The notes: generated from the sequence alone by a model not told the origin. A DNA stretch of 64,000 nt from Candidatus Helarchaeota archaeon (GCA_019058315.1 JAHPZH010000002.1:1325910-1389909); one strand, 5' to 3'; numbered from the stretch's first letter, positions 35,875 through 45,917 are shown. Numbers and translations: made by a program.

Positions 35875-36543
35875 TTATTTTTCAACTTCGAATTCAGCTT
35901 TTTTTGTTGTTTCTTCGCCGTCTTTTCCTAATGATACAACTTCAAACTCGACTATTTTCTTCTTAGGTTCTTCAGGTTCGGGTTCTTTAACTTCTATTTC
36001 TGGTTCTTTAACCTCAGGTTCTGGTTCTTTAATTTCAGGTTTAGGTTCTTTAACCTCAGGTTCTTGTACTTCTATTGTCTTTGCTAAACCGGAAATCCCG
36101 GTCACATCTGGAAAATCACTTGGCTCTTCTCCCTCATCAACCATTATGGTTTGTGCGCCATACATTTTCTCGCTGGTTTTCAAACGTGTTGCAGCCGTTC
36201 CTGCTCTATAAACTTCTCCAGGAGAAGTATATTTTCCTTTCCATATATAGATTTTAGTTTGGATCTTATCAGCGACGAGACAAACACGATCACTATCAAG
36301 ACAATCTGTTGAGACCATATTATCTTGTACCATATAGAAAATTTTCAATTTCGCTTCTTGGTCTTCTTTTACAGGTTTAAATATGACTTCTTGAGAAATT
36401 TTTATTTCAGTTTTGGGTTTTTCACCAGATCTTTCAGTATAATGACATGCTGGACAACTTTTAATGCCCTCTGACTCTATCATCGGAGAAGCACATCGAG
36501 GGCATAGTTTCTTAGGTGGGGGAACTCTTCTTCTAAGCACCAT
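35875..36543 (-). CDS. Zn-ribbon plus single gelsolin-like domain plus EPE/K repeat tail
   Basis: CPRC...CPAC and the gelsolin pattern LDSDRVCLV...IYIWKG...AA..L...VDEGEEPSDF. GAGGT RBS. Confidence 0.8.
   Translation of the reverse strand: MVLRRRVPPPKKLCPRCASPMIESEGIKSCPACHYTERSGEKPKTEIKISQEVIFKPVKEDQEAKLKIFYMVQDNMVSTDCLDSDRVCLVADKIQTKIYIWKGKYTSPGEVYRAGTAATRLKTSEKMYGAQTIMVDEGEEPSDFPDVTGISGLAKTIEVQEPEVKEPKPEIKEPEPEVKEPEIEVKEPEPEEPKKKIVEFEVVSLGKDGEETTKKAEFEVEK
35975..36066 (-). repeat. Intragenic 21-bp (7-aa KEPxPE[V/I]) tandem repeat
   Basis: GGTTCTTTAA at 35981, 36002, 36023 and 36044. Confidence 0.9.
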
Positions 36544-36674
36544 CTTAAATACCTCAAATTGAGTTTTTTGCCTTAAAAATTTGGTTTTTAATAATTATAA
36601 AATAATCATCCATTTTATTTTAATATTAACTAATTCAAAATATGCATTTTAGATGTTGAAAAACTAGAAAAAAT

Positions 36675-37154
36675 TTAATCTAACTCTTGTTCCATTACAA
36701 TAAAACTTTCTGAAAAGCCAAATTTTTCATATAATTTAATGGCTTCTTTTACATCTCTTCTTGCATTAACTCTAACAATGGATACCTTTTTCTTCTTACA
36801 AAAACTCAGTGCGCTTTCAATTAATTTTGAACCAATTCCTTTTGTTCTGTAATCTGATTCAATGATAAAATTATAAATTTGACCAAGAATTTGCCCAGAA
36901 TACGGATCTCGTCCAATATCTACCAAAACCATACCGATAATGTCCCCACCATCATCTGCTATAATAACACTATCTGGGGAAGATTCTAACTTATATTTGA
37001 GATCTAATTTCCAAGGTTTTTCGTAAAATACTACTTTAAATCTCTCACACAAACCTTTCATGAGTTTAGTTAAATGATCCATGTCATCCAATTTGGCTTT
37101 TCTTATTGTAATCAAAAAGAACACCCAATCCTTTTTTTTAAGATTCCAAATCAC
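36675..37154 (-). CDS. GNAT family N-acetyltransferase
   Basis: YRTKGIGSKL acetyl-CoA motif and AIKLYEKFGF. True start may be about 13 codons downstream. Confidence 0.9.
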   Translation of the reverse strand: MIWNLKKKDWVFFLITIRKAKLDDMDHLTKLMKGLCERFKVVFYEKPWKLDLKYKLESSPDSVIIADDGGDIIGMVLVDIGRDPYSGQILGQIYNFIIESDYRTKGIGSKLIESALSFCKKKKVSIVRVNARRDVKEAIKLYEKFGFSESFIVMEQELD

Positions 37155-37394
37155 AAATTTTACCAGTGTATGAATATATTATCATTGCTATTTAAAATAA
37201 TACTCTAAAATTGAGAATTTAATCTCATAAGGAGGATTTTAGTTGGATTTACTTTAGGAAAAGAAAATTATTATTTTCCCTTTAAATTGACAAAAAATCC
37301 AAAGATTTTAAGGATTTAATATATTAAATTGAAATAGAAAAAATCAAATTAAAATTTAATCTTTGGCAACATAATTAAAAGAGCGATCTTTTAA

Positions 37395-38597
37395 ATGCAA
37401 GATAAAAGTAATGACCTAAATAAAGAATATTTGTCAATAAATATTGATATTAAAAGAACCTTACATAATAAAGAATTAGAAATTATAGCTGCTTTGGAGA
37501 AAAAATTTTCTAATAAAGATTTCTTTTTTAAATTAGAGGATTCTAAGGTCAATTTTTTCCTAAAATCAATTAATTTACAAGATTTCAAAGAATTTGTAAA
37601 TCATCTATTAAAAAAATATGACACCGAAAGTAAACATTCCAAATTATTTCATGATATTATATCAAAAATCGAAAATATAAAGAGTTATGGGATTAAATCC
37701 GGAAAAAGAATTTATGTTACATATAATCAAGAGAGAAAAGTTCAAAATAGAAAGAAAAAAATTTTACAAAGAGGCTCATTCTTTTATGCTCAAGATAATG
37801 AATTTACTAAAGAGGTAAATGTCCTCCCAGATAAATTTTTGAATAAAATTATATGTGCGGATAGTCTTGAAATTCTAAAACAATTACCAAATAATTGCAT
37901 CGATTTAGTTTTTACCTCACCACCTTATAATTTCGGATTAGGTTATGATACAACCGAAGATGGAATTGATTGGGAGAAATATTTTGAAAAATTATTCGAT
38001 ATTTTTAAGGAATGTATAAGAGTTGTTAAATTTGGTGGCAGAATAATAGTAAACATCCAACCTTTATATTCAGATTATATTCCTAGCCACCATATTATCT
38101 CAAACTTTTTTATAAAGAATAAATTAATCTGGAAAGCGGAAATTTTATGGGAAAAGCATAATTATAACTGTAAATACACTGCCTGGGGAAGTTGGAAGAG
38201 CCCTTCAAATCCTTATATGAAATATACTTGGGAATATTTGGAAGTTTTTTGTAAAGGAGAGATGAAAAAGGAGGGTAAAAAAGAAAATATCGATATAACA
38301 GGCGATGAATTTAAAAAATGGGTAGTAGCTCAATGGTCTATAGCACCAGAACGAAATATGAAAAAATATGGTCATCCTGCGATGTTTCCAGAGGAATTAG
38401 TTAGAAGAACACTTAAGCTTTTTAGTTATAAAAATGATATTATATTGGATCCTTTTAATGGGGCTGGAACTACTACATTAGTTGCAAAAAAATTAGGCAG
38501 GAACTTTTTAGGAATTGACATTTCTAAAAAATATTGCGAAATTGCAAAAAAAAGATTAAAACTACCCAAAACGCTTGAAAAATTTTACAGCAATTAG
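37395..38597 (+). CDS. Site-specific DNA methyltransferase (N4-C/N6-A, beta class) with N-terminal extension
   Basis: Motif IV FTSPPYN precedes HPAMFP and motif I DPFNGAGTT. Confidence 0.92.
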   Translation: MQDKSNDLNKEYLSINIDIKRTLHNKELEIIAALEKKFSNKDFFFKLEDSKVNFFLKSINLQDFKEFVNHLLKKYDTESKHSKLFHDIISKIENIKSYGIKSGKRIYVTYNQERKVQNRKKKILQRGSFFYAQDNEFTKEVNVLPDKFLNKIICADSLEILKQLPNNCIDLVFTSPPYNFGLGYDTTEDGIDWEKYFEKLFDIFKECIRVVKFGGRIIVNIQPLYSDYIPSHHIISNFFIKNKLIWKAEILWEKHNYNCKYTAWGSWKSPSNPYMKYTWEYLEVFCKGEMKKEGKKENIDITGDEFKKWVVAQWSIAPERNMKKYGHPAMFPEELVRRTLKLFSYKNDIILDPFNGAGTTTLVAKKLGRNFLGIDISKKYCEIAKKRLKLPKTLEKFYSN

Positions 38598-38695
38598 ATT
38601 AATTATGAAAACTTTTTTTTACATAATAAGTATATTTACTAAAAGTATAATTTCAATTATAAAGAATTAACATATTAGAATATAAGGCGATCTAA

Positions 38696-39874
38696 TTGGC
38701 ACAACCATATCTAAGCCCAAGAATATTTTATGGCTATGGAAAATTAAAACAATTAAAGTATATTAGAGGAAATAAAATTCTTATTGTTACTGATAAAGTA
38801 ATAGTTGATTTAGGTTTTATTGATAAAGTGACAAAACAGTTAAAAAAATCAAAGACCCCTATGGAATACAAAATATTTGATGAAGTAGAACCCGATCCCA
38901 GTGATACTACTGTATTAAAAGGAGCTGAAATAGCACAAGAGTTTAAACCTGATTGGATTATCGCGATAGGTGGTGGAAGTTCAATGGATGTTGCAAAGAT
39001 GATCTGGGTTTTATATGAGAATCCGGAAATCCAAATAATCGAAATTAATCCATTACAAAGAATAAAATTGGGAAAAAAATCAAAATTAGTTACAATTCCT
39101 ACAACTAGCGGAACGGGGGCAGAAATTACATTTGGTTGCGTTATAACAAATGCCAAAACTCATAATAAAATGACTTTAGCAAATTTTGCCATTACACCAA
39201 ATTGGGCTATAATAGATCCCAATTTAGCCTTAACTATGCCACCAAAACTAACTTTAGCCACGGGTATTGATGCATTAACTCATGCAGTCGAGGCATATGT
39301 AAGCCCTTTAAAAAATGATTTTTCAGATGGACATTGCTTAAAAGCAATTCAATTGGTTTTTAAGTGGCTTCAAAGGTCTTATGAAAGTGGTAAATCAGGG
39401 ACACCTGATAAAGAAGCAAGAGAAAAAATGCATTATGCAGGTACAATAGCCGGTCTTGGTTTTGGTAATTCATCTGGTGGAATAGCACATGGAATAGGTC
39501 ATAGTATTGGAGCTGTTCTTGATCTGCAGCATGGATTTTGTGTGGGTATTTTACTTCCTTATACTATAGAATATTTAGACTCTACATCTAGAATGAATTT
39601 TGAAGAAATTGTAAATTTATTACAATTACAAAATGGTAAAAATGCCACTGAAATATTAGCAAATAACATAAGGAAATTATTAACGAGTTTAAATGTCCCC
39701 CTAAATTTCAAGGATTTCGGAGTCAAAGAAGAAGATTTTAAAAGTAAATTTGAAAAAATTCTACAATTTTCAAAAATTGATTTATCAACTAAAACTTGTC
39801 CACGAAAAGCCACAGATGATGAATTAAAAAAATTAATTGAATATTCTTATTATGGAAAATCAATAGATTTTTAA
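38696..39874 (+). CDS. Iron-containing alcohol dehydrogenase
   Basis: GGGSSMD, PTTSGTGAE, DALTHAVE and AHGIGH...HG. Confidence 0.94.
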   Translation: MAQPYLSPRIFYGYGKLKQLKYIRGNKILIVTDKVIVDLGFIDKVTKQLKKSKTPMEYKIFDEVEPDPSDTTVLKGAEIAQEFKPDWIIAIGGGSSMDVAKMIWVLYENPEIQIIEINPLQRIKLGKKSKLVTIPTTSGTGAEITFGCVITNAKTHNKMTLANFAITPNWAIIDPNLALTMPPKLTLATGIDALTHAVEAYVSPLKNDFSDGHCLKAIQLVFKWLQRSYESGKSGTPDKEAREKMHYAGTIAGLGFGNSSGGIAHGIGHSIGAVLDLQHGFCVGILLPYTIEYLDSTSRMNFEEIVNLLQLQNGKNATEILANNIRKLLTSLNVPLNFKDFGVKEEDFKSKFEKILQFSKIDLSTKTCPRKATDDELKKLIEYSYYGKSIDF

Positions 39875-39971
39875 AAATCTTAAAAGGAAATCCTCTTTTT
39901 TATCATTTTTTTAAATAACAATTTTTAATAATATAAATGAGGATTTTTTATCATTAACGAAGGTGAATAAA

Positions 39972-40808
39972 ATGGTAAAAATTGGCATAATTAAATGCGG
40001 AAATATAGGTATATCACCAGTTCTCGATCTATTATTTGATGAGATAGCAGAAAGAGAAGATATAACTTTTAGAGTGGTCGGATCAGGACCAAAACTGACC
40101 CCAGAACACTGTGAAGAGGTCACAAAGCTAATGTTAGACATCAAACCAGACTTGATAATGTTTACAAGTCCAAATACATCCTTACCTGGACCAAAAAAAT
40201 CGAGAGATATGATTCAAACTACTGGAATTCCTGCAATTTACTTTTCAGATCAGCCTGGAAGAAAAGCAAAAGAGGTTAAAGAGGAAATAGCTGGAAGAGG
40301 TATGGGATATTTCATTATAAAACCCGATGCAATGATAGGTGCTAAGAGACCATTCCTAGATCCTGTTGAAATGTGCCTCTATAATACCGACGTGTTGAAG
40401 GTATTAGCAATTTGTGGTGTAGTTAATTTAATTATAGCTGAAGTAGAAAAAGTGATTGACCAATTGAAAGCTGGTTCTAAACCCGAACTACCACAGATAG
40501 TAATTAATCGGAATAAGGCGTTGGAAGCTGCACGATTTTCAAATCAATATGCAAAATGTAAAGCTTCTGCTGCTTTAGACGCGGCTGAAACAGTGTCAGG
40601 CATCAATGTTGAAGGCTGTTTTATGGTAAAAGGAAGAGAAAATTACTTGCCAGTTGTAGGATCAGCTCATGAATTGATGCGTGCTGCTGCAAAATTAGCA
40701 GATGAAGCAAGAGAGATTGAAAAAGCAAACGACTCGGTTCTTAGAAGACCACACGCGAAAGATGGTAAAATTTTAGAAAAAAGAGAATTTCTGGCAAAGC
40801 CAATCTAA
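39972..40808 (+). CDS. mtd: F420-dependent methylene-H4MPT dehydrogenase
   Basis: KCGNIG, DEIAEREDI, GSGPK, SPN, DAMIGAKRPFLDPVEM, AHELMRAAAKLADEAREIEK and RRPH. ATG at 39972 follows AGGTGA. Confidence 0.96.
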   Translation: MVKIGIIKCGNIGISPVLDLLFDEIAEREDITFRVVGSGPKLTPEHCEEVTKLMLDIKPDLIMFTSPNTSLPGPKKSRDMIQTTGIPAIYFSDQPGRKAKEVKEEIAGRGMGYFIIKPDAMIGAKRPFLDPVEMCLYNTDVLKVLAICGVVNLIIAEVEKVIDQLKAGSKPELPQIVINRNKALEAARFSNQYAKCKASAALDAAETVSGINVEGCFMVKGRENYLPVVGSAHELMRAAAKLADEAREIEKANDSVLRRPHAKDGKILEKREFLAKPI

Positions 40809-40827
40809 TTATTTATTTTTTTATTTT

Positions 40828-41514
40828 TTATTTTATTGGGGATTTTAAGGGTTTTTTCAATTTTTCAACGATTTCTGGCCAGAAGGGTTCGGTAAATTCA
40901 CCCTTATATTTAATTTTAGTACGTTTCAATTCAATTGCACCTTCACCTGGACAAGCATGTACACATGCTCCACAATAAATGCACTTATCTTTATCCACCT
41001 CAACCTTTTGAGCTTTCTCCCAACCTTTTTCAGCTTTTGGAATTGTTATAGCTCCCGTGGGACAAACCACATAACAAGTGCTGCAGCCACCAGGACAATA
41101 CTCAGTGTGAAATTCAATTTCCCCCTCAAAATAAGATTTTGCTTTTCTACCCTCCTCTTTAAGATCAACCAATTCCATATCTAGCTTAGGAAGTGCCTTT
41201 TGATCAACTAATTGAAGCTTTTTTTCACCATCGATCTTAAGCGATAATGCTCCAAATGGACATAGATGATCGCAGGTACCACAAAGTGAACATTTTTCTT
41301 TATCAATTATCACTGAGGGTACTATTGTTTGGTGCCTTGAATGAGCACCGACTGGTCCACGGAAAATTGCCTCCTTTGGACAAACAATTCTGCAAGTATT
41401 GCATCCTGTACACTGATTTAAATCGTGAATAAGTTCAATATTCATTGTTAATAATCTAAGTTTTACTTTTTGTTCATTTTCGTCGATTATTCGGGTTAAT
41501 TTAGGAACACTCAT
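40828..41514 (-). CDS. Polyferredoxin, short FwdF-like (4 x [4Fe-4S] motifs)
   Basis: Four CxxCxxCxxxCP-type motifs; lies between mtd and fwdDB. Confidence 0.82.
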   Translation of the reverse strand: MSVPKLTRIIDENEQKVKLRLLTMNIELIHDLNQCTGCNTCRIVCPKEAIFRGPVGAHSRHQTIVPSVIIDKEKCSLCGTCDHLCPFGALSLKIDGEKKLQLVDQKALPKLDMELVDLKEEGRKAKSYFEGEIEFHTEYCPGGCSTCYVVCPTGAITIPKAEKGWEKAQKVEVDKDKCIYCGACVHACPGEGAIELKRTKIKYKGEFTEPFWPEIVEKLKKPLKSPIK

Positions 41515-41765
41515 TCTTTCTCCTCCTTTATTTCAATGTGGATTGCGTCTTGTGAACACGCCTCTAAACACACACCGCAACCATCGCAAAGGTCGGGATT
41601 TTCGATAACTGCATGCCCATTTTTAATTACAATAATAAGATCTTTCTCACCCTTTTCGATAGCTTGCGCATTAATAGGACATGCGGTGTGACAGTCCCCA
41701 CATCCGGTGCATTTCCGAAGTAAGATAATTGGTTTATAAATTCGGATTATTTCTGTCTCCGACAT
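41511..41765 (-). CDS. 2x[4Fe-4S] ferredoxin, FwdG-like
   Basis: CTGCGDCHTACPIN and NPDLCDGCGVCLEAC. ATG at 41765 follows AGGTGA. Stop overlaps the next start. Confidence 0.85.
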   Translation of the reverse strand: MSETEIIRIYKPIILLRKCTGCGDCHTACPINAQAIEKGEKDLIIVIKNGHAVIENPDLCDGCGVCLEACSQDAIHIEIKEEKE

Positions 41766-41985
41766 AGTAATCACCTAAAATTTGACTCAATTAAACAATT
41801 TCAAATAATTATATAATTATTTTTATTAGCTGTATTTTTCATTCATTTTAAAATAATAAAGATTTCTCTCTTTCCAATCTTAAAATAAGGAAAACGAATA
41901 GGACGTAGTCTTACTTCTAACCAGACCTCTTTTTTGATTTTTTCGCGTTATTTTAGTCTATTAAAAAAATAGAGAAATATTGATA

Positions 41986-42132
41986 TTAACCCGTATTCCA
42001 AGCTTCACTTTTTAATAAATCTCTTACTGCTACCCTAATTGCTTCACTACGATTCGGATATCTTTTTTGCTGGACTAATTTCTCGAGGTCTTGAATATAT
42101 GTATCTGGCAAATGTAGAGTTACTAATTTCAT
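41986..42132 (-). CDS. Ribbon-helix-helix (CopG/CdrS-like) transcriptional regulator, 48 aa
   Basis: Below the ORF-track cutoff. Manual translation MKLVTLHLPDTYIQDLEKLVQQKRYPNRSEAIRVAVRDLLKSEAWNTG contains the RHH signature NRSEAIR. Confidence 0.9.
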   Translation of the reverse strand: MKLVTLHLPDTYIQDLEKLVQQKRYPNRSEAIRVAVRDLLKSEAWNTG

Positions 42133-42369
42133 TCATATCGCCTTTTTCTAATTGCATTATTATCTTAATTCTGTATTACTGACAGACTTTTTCTTATATT
42201 TTTGTAAGGAATATCCGGATATCATCGAAATAATTTATGCCTTTTCTATATACATTAGAATTTTAAGAAATGAAAACATTAAAATAAAAAATTTTCATGT
42301 TTATTTAGAATCTAACTATAAAATGGTTATTGCAAAGAGGAAATTTTTGTAATATCAAGAGGTTATGAC

Positions 42370-42624
42370 TTGTCGACATTTGAGATTAAAGTAGATAATA
42401 GTAAATGCACTGGCTGCTCTCTTTGCATAAATACATGTCCAATTAACCTCGAAATTGAACCTCAGTTAAAATATGGTGAATCACCTAAAACAGACAAAGT
42501 AATCTTCAGATTAATCAACGGGAAATGTAGAGTCCTAAATCCCCAATTATGTGAAAATAAACAGTTTAAGTGTAACCTTTGTGAAGTGATTTGTACAGGT
42601 AAAGCTATAACTCTTATTACATAA
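42370..42624 (+). CDS. Ferredoxin, second FwdG-like copy
   Basis: CTGCSLCINTCPIN and an atypical CENKQFKCNLCEVIC. GAGG RBS. Confidence 0.8.
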   Translation: MSTFEIKVDNSKCTGCSLCINTCPINLEIEPQLKYGESPKTDKVIFRLINGKCRVLNPQLCENKQFKCNLCEVICTGKAITLIT

Positions 42625-42817
42625 TTAAAAATTTTATATAAACCTAAAAATAGTAATTGTGGTTTTAAACTGCTATTAAGTTAATTAAAATTAATTGTTT
42701 TTTTTTTAAATTTAATTAAAAATTAATCTGATATTTTAGATAGTTTTATTAAGCGAAGTTTTTAATATAAAGTTACAACTCAGAAAAATATTTGATAATT
42801 GAATGGAGGTATGGTTT

Positions 42818-43093
42818 ATGGCTTCTAAAGCAGCAGTTGTTGCTCTTTCATGGGTAGCTTTCGGATGCATCGCACTAGGTATGGCTCTAACAGCAGTTGG
42901 AAATATGATGAACAGAAACCGAATTGACGATGTTATATTTTTCCAGTTTTGGATAAGCTATTTTATTGGATTTATTTTGCTATTATCAATGCCAGGTGCT
43001 CCTTTGGTTTCATTGGGATTATTTGTTTTAGGTGCTGGGCTTGTAATCTTACTAGTTGGGGCAATATTAGCTAGTACATCAGAGTCGATTTAA
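42818..43093 (+). CDS. Small three-TM membrane protein
   Basis: Hydrophobic ORF with GGAGGT RBS before ATG 42818 and a T-tract downstream. Confidence 0.7.
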   Translation: MASKAAVVALSWVAFGCIALGMALTAVGNMMNRNRIDDVIFFQFWISYFIGFILLLSMPGAPLVSLGLFVLGAGLVILLVGAILASTSESI

Positions 43094-43363
43094 AAAAAGC
43101 AATATTCTTTTTTTTTTATTTCTTAAAAAAATAGTTAAATTTTATATTTAATTAGTATATTTATCTATTTTTTATTCGATTTCATTTGTATCTTTATAAT
43201 CTTATTTTTTATTATTGGGATTAATTTTTAAAATATACAATCGTATAAAAAAATTGACAAAAAATTAAAAAGAAAATTCGTAAATTGGATATTAATTTAT
43301 AGTTTTAACCCAATGACCAAAAAATTTGAGTTTGGGTTTAAAAATCATTTTGGAGTTTATAAT

Positions 43364-43753
43364 ATGCTTGATGTAATCTTAATGTCGGGCAGAACAATAA
43401 ATCAAGGCAGATCTCTAGAAGGTGGTAAACTTGGTGATGAAGCAATCATTGCCACCGGTTCAGTTTTCATGGATCAAGAAGATATGAAAGCTATGAAAAT
43501 TTTAACGGGAACTTTAGTAAAAGTAAAGACCGAATTTGGGGAAATAGTTGTTCGTGCTCGAACTAGTCCTGAACAACCTCACAAAGGTATTATTTTTATC
43601 CCTATGGGGATTTATGCTAATGCTGTAATAGATCCAGAAACAAATTCTACAGGAATGCCGACATTTAAAGGAATAAAAGCAACTGTAGAGCGAGTTGTTG
43701 GGGAAAAAGTTTTAACCCCTGCTGAGATTATTGCAAATTATAAAGCGGAGTGA
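43364..43753 (+). CDS. fwdD: Formylmethanofuran dehydrogenase subunit D
   Basis: SGRTINQG, FIPMGIYAN and TGMPTFKG. Overlaps the fwdB start. ATG at 43364 follows GGAG. Confidence 0.93.
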   Translation: MLDVILMSGRTINQGRSLEGGKLGDEAIIATGSVFMDQEDMKAMKILTGTLVKVKTEFGEIVVRARTSPEQPHKGIIFIPMGIYANAVIDPETNSTGMPTFKGIKATVERVVGEKVLTPAEIIANYKAE

Positions 43754-45069
43754 GTAAAATGGCTGAAAAAATCATATCCGATGTGACTTGTGCCTTTTGT
43801 GGTGCATTGTGTGATGATTTAGAAGTAGTAATTAAGGATAATAAGATTATAGAAACTCGAAATGCTTGCACGATAAGTACAGCAAAATTATTTGCATGTA
43901 ATAATTGGGAACACCGTATTACCAAACCATCTGAAAGGGTAAATGGAGAAATCAAAGAAATTAAGCTTGAAGAAGCCATAAATAAAACAGCTAAAATTTT
44001 AGTCGATGCAGAAAGACCGCTCCTGTATGGGTGGGCCAACACTGACAATGTTGCCATTGGTCTAGGTGTTGAGCTTGCGGAATTAGTTGGTGGAGTTTTT
44101 GACAATACTGCTACGGTATGTCATGGACCAAGTATTTTAGCAGAACAAGATGTAGGTGTTTCGACTACAACTCTTGGAGATGTAAAAAGTAGAGCCGATA
44201 TGATTCTATTCTGGGGTTGCAACCCTATGGCAGCTCATCCAAGACATTTAGCACGTTATTCCATTTTTCCCCGTGGATTTTTTAGAGATAAAGGAGTCAA
44301 AGAAAGAGAAATGATTGTCATTGATCCACGATATACCGATACAGCTAAAATTGCAGATAAATTTATAAAAGTCGAGCCCAACAAAGATTATGAATTAATG
44401 AGTGCAATTAGAGCTGTCTTAAACGGATTAGAACTAAAAGAGGAAGTAATCGCTGGGGTAACTAAAGAAGATATTATTGAACTTGCTGAAAAACTTAAAA
44501 AATGTAGTTTTGGAATAATTTTCTTCGGATTAGGACTTACTATGAGTAGTGCAAAGCATAGAAATATAGATATTGCTATTTCTCTTACTAGACAATTAAA
44601 TAAATATACCAAATGGCTTATTATGCCAATGCGGGGACATTGGAATGTAACAGGCTCCAATACTGTTCCAACATGGCATATTGGGTATCCATTTTGTATT
44701 GATTTTTCATTAGGTTATCCACGATATGGTCCTGGAGAATATTCTTCAAATGATCTATTATATAAAGGGGAATGCGATGCAGCATTAGTTGTAGCCTCAG
44801 ATCCTGCTGGAAATTTCCCAAAAAAGTCCGTTAAGAACCTTGCAAAAATCCCTGTAGTAACTATTGACCCTCATCATACTCCAACAACTGAATTAGCACA
44901 AATTCTAATTCCCGCAGCAGTAGTTGGAATAGAAACAAGTGGTACTGGGTATCGTATGGATCATGTTCCACTTCATTTGAAAAAGTTGATTGAACCCCCT
45001 GAAGGAAATCTACCAGATGCTGAAATTCTGCGAAAAATCATAGATGCAGTTAAAAAACTGCAAAAATAA
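43750..45069 (+). CDS. fwdB: Formylmethanofuran dehydrogenase subunit B
   Basis: CAFCGALCDD, TVCHGP (Cys ligand, not Sec), WGCNPMAAHPRH, PMRGHWN and YRMD. Confidence 0.96.
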   Translation: MSKMAEKIISDVTCAFCGALCDDLEVVIKDNKIIETRNACTISTAKLFACNNWEHRITKPSERVNGEIKEIKLEEAINKTAKILVDAERPLLYGWANTDNVAIGLGVELAELVGGVFDNTATVCHGPSILAEQDVGVSTTTLGDVKSRADMILFWGCNPMAAHPRHLARYSIFPRGFFRDKGVKEREMIVIDPRYTDTAKIADKFIKVEPNKDYELMSAIRAVLNGLELKEEVIAGVTKEDIIELAEKLKKCSFGIIFFGLGLTMSSAKHRNIDIAISLTRQLNKYTKWLIMPMRGHWNVTGSNTVPTWHIGYPFCIDFSLGYPRYGPGEYSSNDLLYKGECDAALVVASDPAGNFPKKSVKNLAKIPVVTIDPHHTPTTELAQILIPAAVVGIETSGTGYRMDHVPLHLKKLIEPPEGNLPDAEILRKIIDAVKKLQK

Positions 45070-45131
45070 ATCTTATAAACTCAAATTTCTCTATCTTTTT
45101 ATTGAATTATAAATAAATAGTGTTAGAATTA

Positions 45132-45917
45132 TTATGATTGATATTTCTCTATAAATTTCTTTGTTCCTATTTTTTTCTCCGTAGTTCCTGCTGCATTAAT
45201 TTCTGATGCTTCGTTTTCTATAATCATTCCATCTTTTAATGTGGAATCTTGACATTTTTTAAAACAAGCTTTAATCATTGACATTGTAGGAGGGTTTTTT
45301 TTCGATAAAGTCGTAGCAAAGTCTAGTCCTTCTTTATACATTTCCTCTTTTGTCTCAAATGTTTTAGTAACCAAACCAAATTTATCAGCTAACTCCCATT
45401 TAATATGTTCACCGGTCATTAAAATATATCTTGCATCAGAATCACGACAAATTTTTGTAGTAATTGTCATACCTCCATGTGTTGGAAACATAAAATTATA
45501 GTTAATTTCTGGAAGACAAAAGGCAACATCTTTTAGAACAAATCTAAAATCACATGCAAAGGGTACGAGACAACCAATCCCTATGGCATATTTTTGAACC
45601 AAACAAATTGTTGGTATGGTCATATAATATATGAGTCTAATGAACTCTTGTCCAACACTTCTATAAATATTCAAAACTTCCATGCCTGAACTCATTTCTT
45701 TTAAATGAAATCCTGCGGAAAATGTGTCTCCATTTGCTTGAATAAGTAGCGCACGAATATTCGAGTCATTTTTGACTTTAAGTAGAGCATCTCGAAGCGC
45801 TACGACTTGTTCTTTATCGAATAAATTCATTTTTCCGTTATTGAGCGTAATTCGAGCAACTTTACGAATTTTTTCATAAATTACTTTTTCAGAACTTTTT
45901 TCACTCATAATTTTCAC
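45132..45917 (-). CDS. Enoyl-CoA hydratase/isomerase family protein
   Basis: FSAGFHL, AIGIG, ACDFRF and LPEI. Confidence 0.88.
   Translation of the reverse strand: MKIMSEKSSEKVIYEKIRKVARITLNNGKMNLFDKEQVVALRDALLKVKNDSNIRALLIQANGDTFSAGFHLKEMSSGMEVLNIYRSVGQEFIRLIYYMTIPTICLVQKYAIGIGCLVPFACDFRFVLKDVAFCLPEINYNFMFPTHGGMTITTKICRDSDARYILMTGEHIKWELADKFGLVTKTFETKEEMYKEGLDFATTLSKKNPPTMSMIKACFKKCQDSTLKDGMIIENEASEINAAGTTEKKIGTKKFIEKYQS

Noticed and set aside
41885-41950. Relatively GC-rich patch with a short GTCT/AGAC stem between the RHH gene and the ferredoxin, considered as ncRNA, SECIS or a micro-ORF
   Set aside because: The stem is only about 4-5 bp with no recognisable SECIS or tRNA features, and the open frame on the minus strand has no start codon.
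42152-42352. 66-aa plus-strand ORF
   Set aside because: It occupies the AT-rich divergent promoter gap, starts with TTG without an RBS and shows no motifs.
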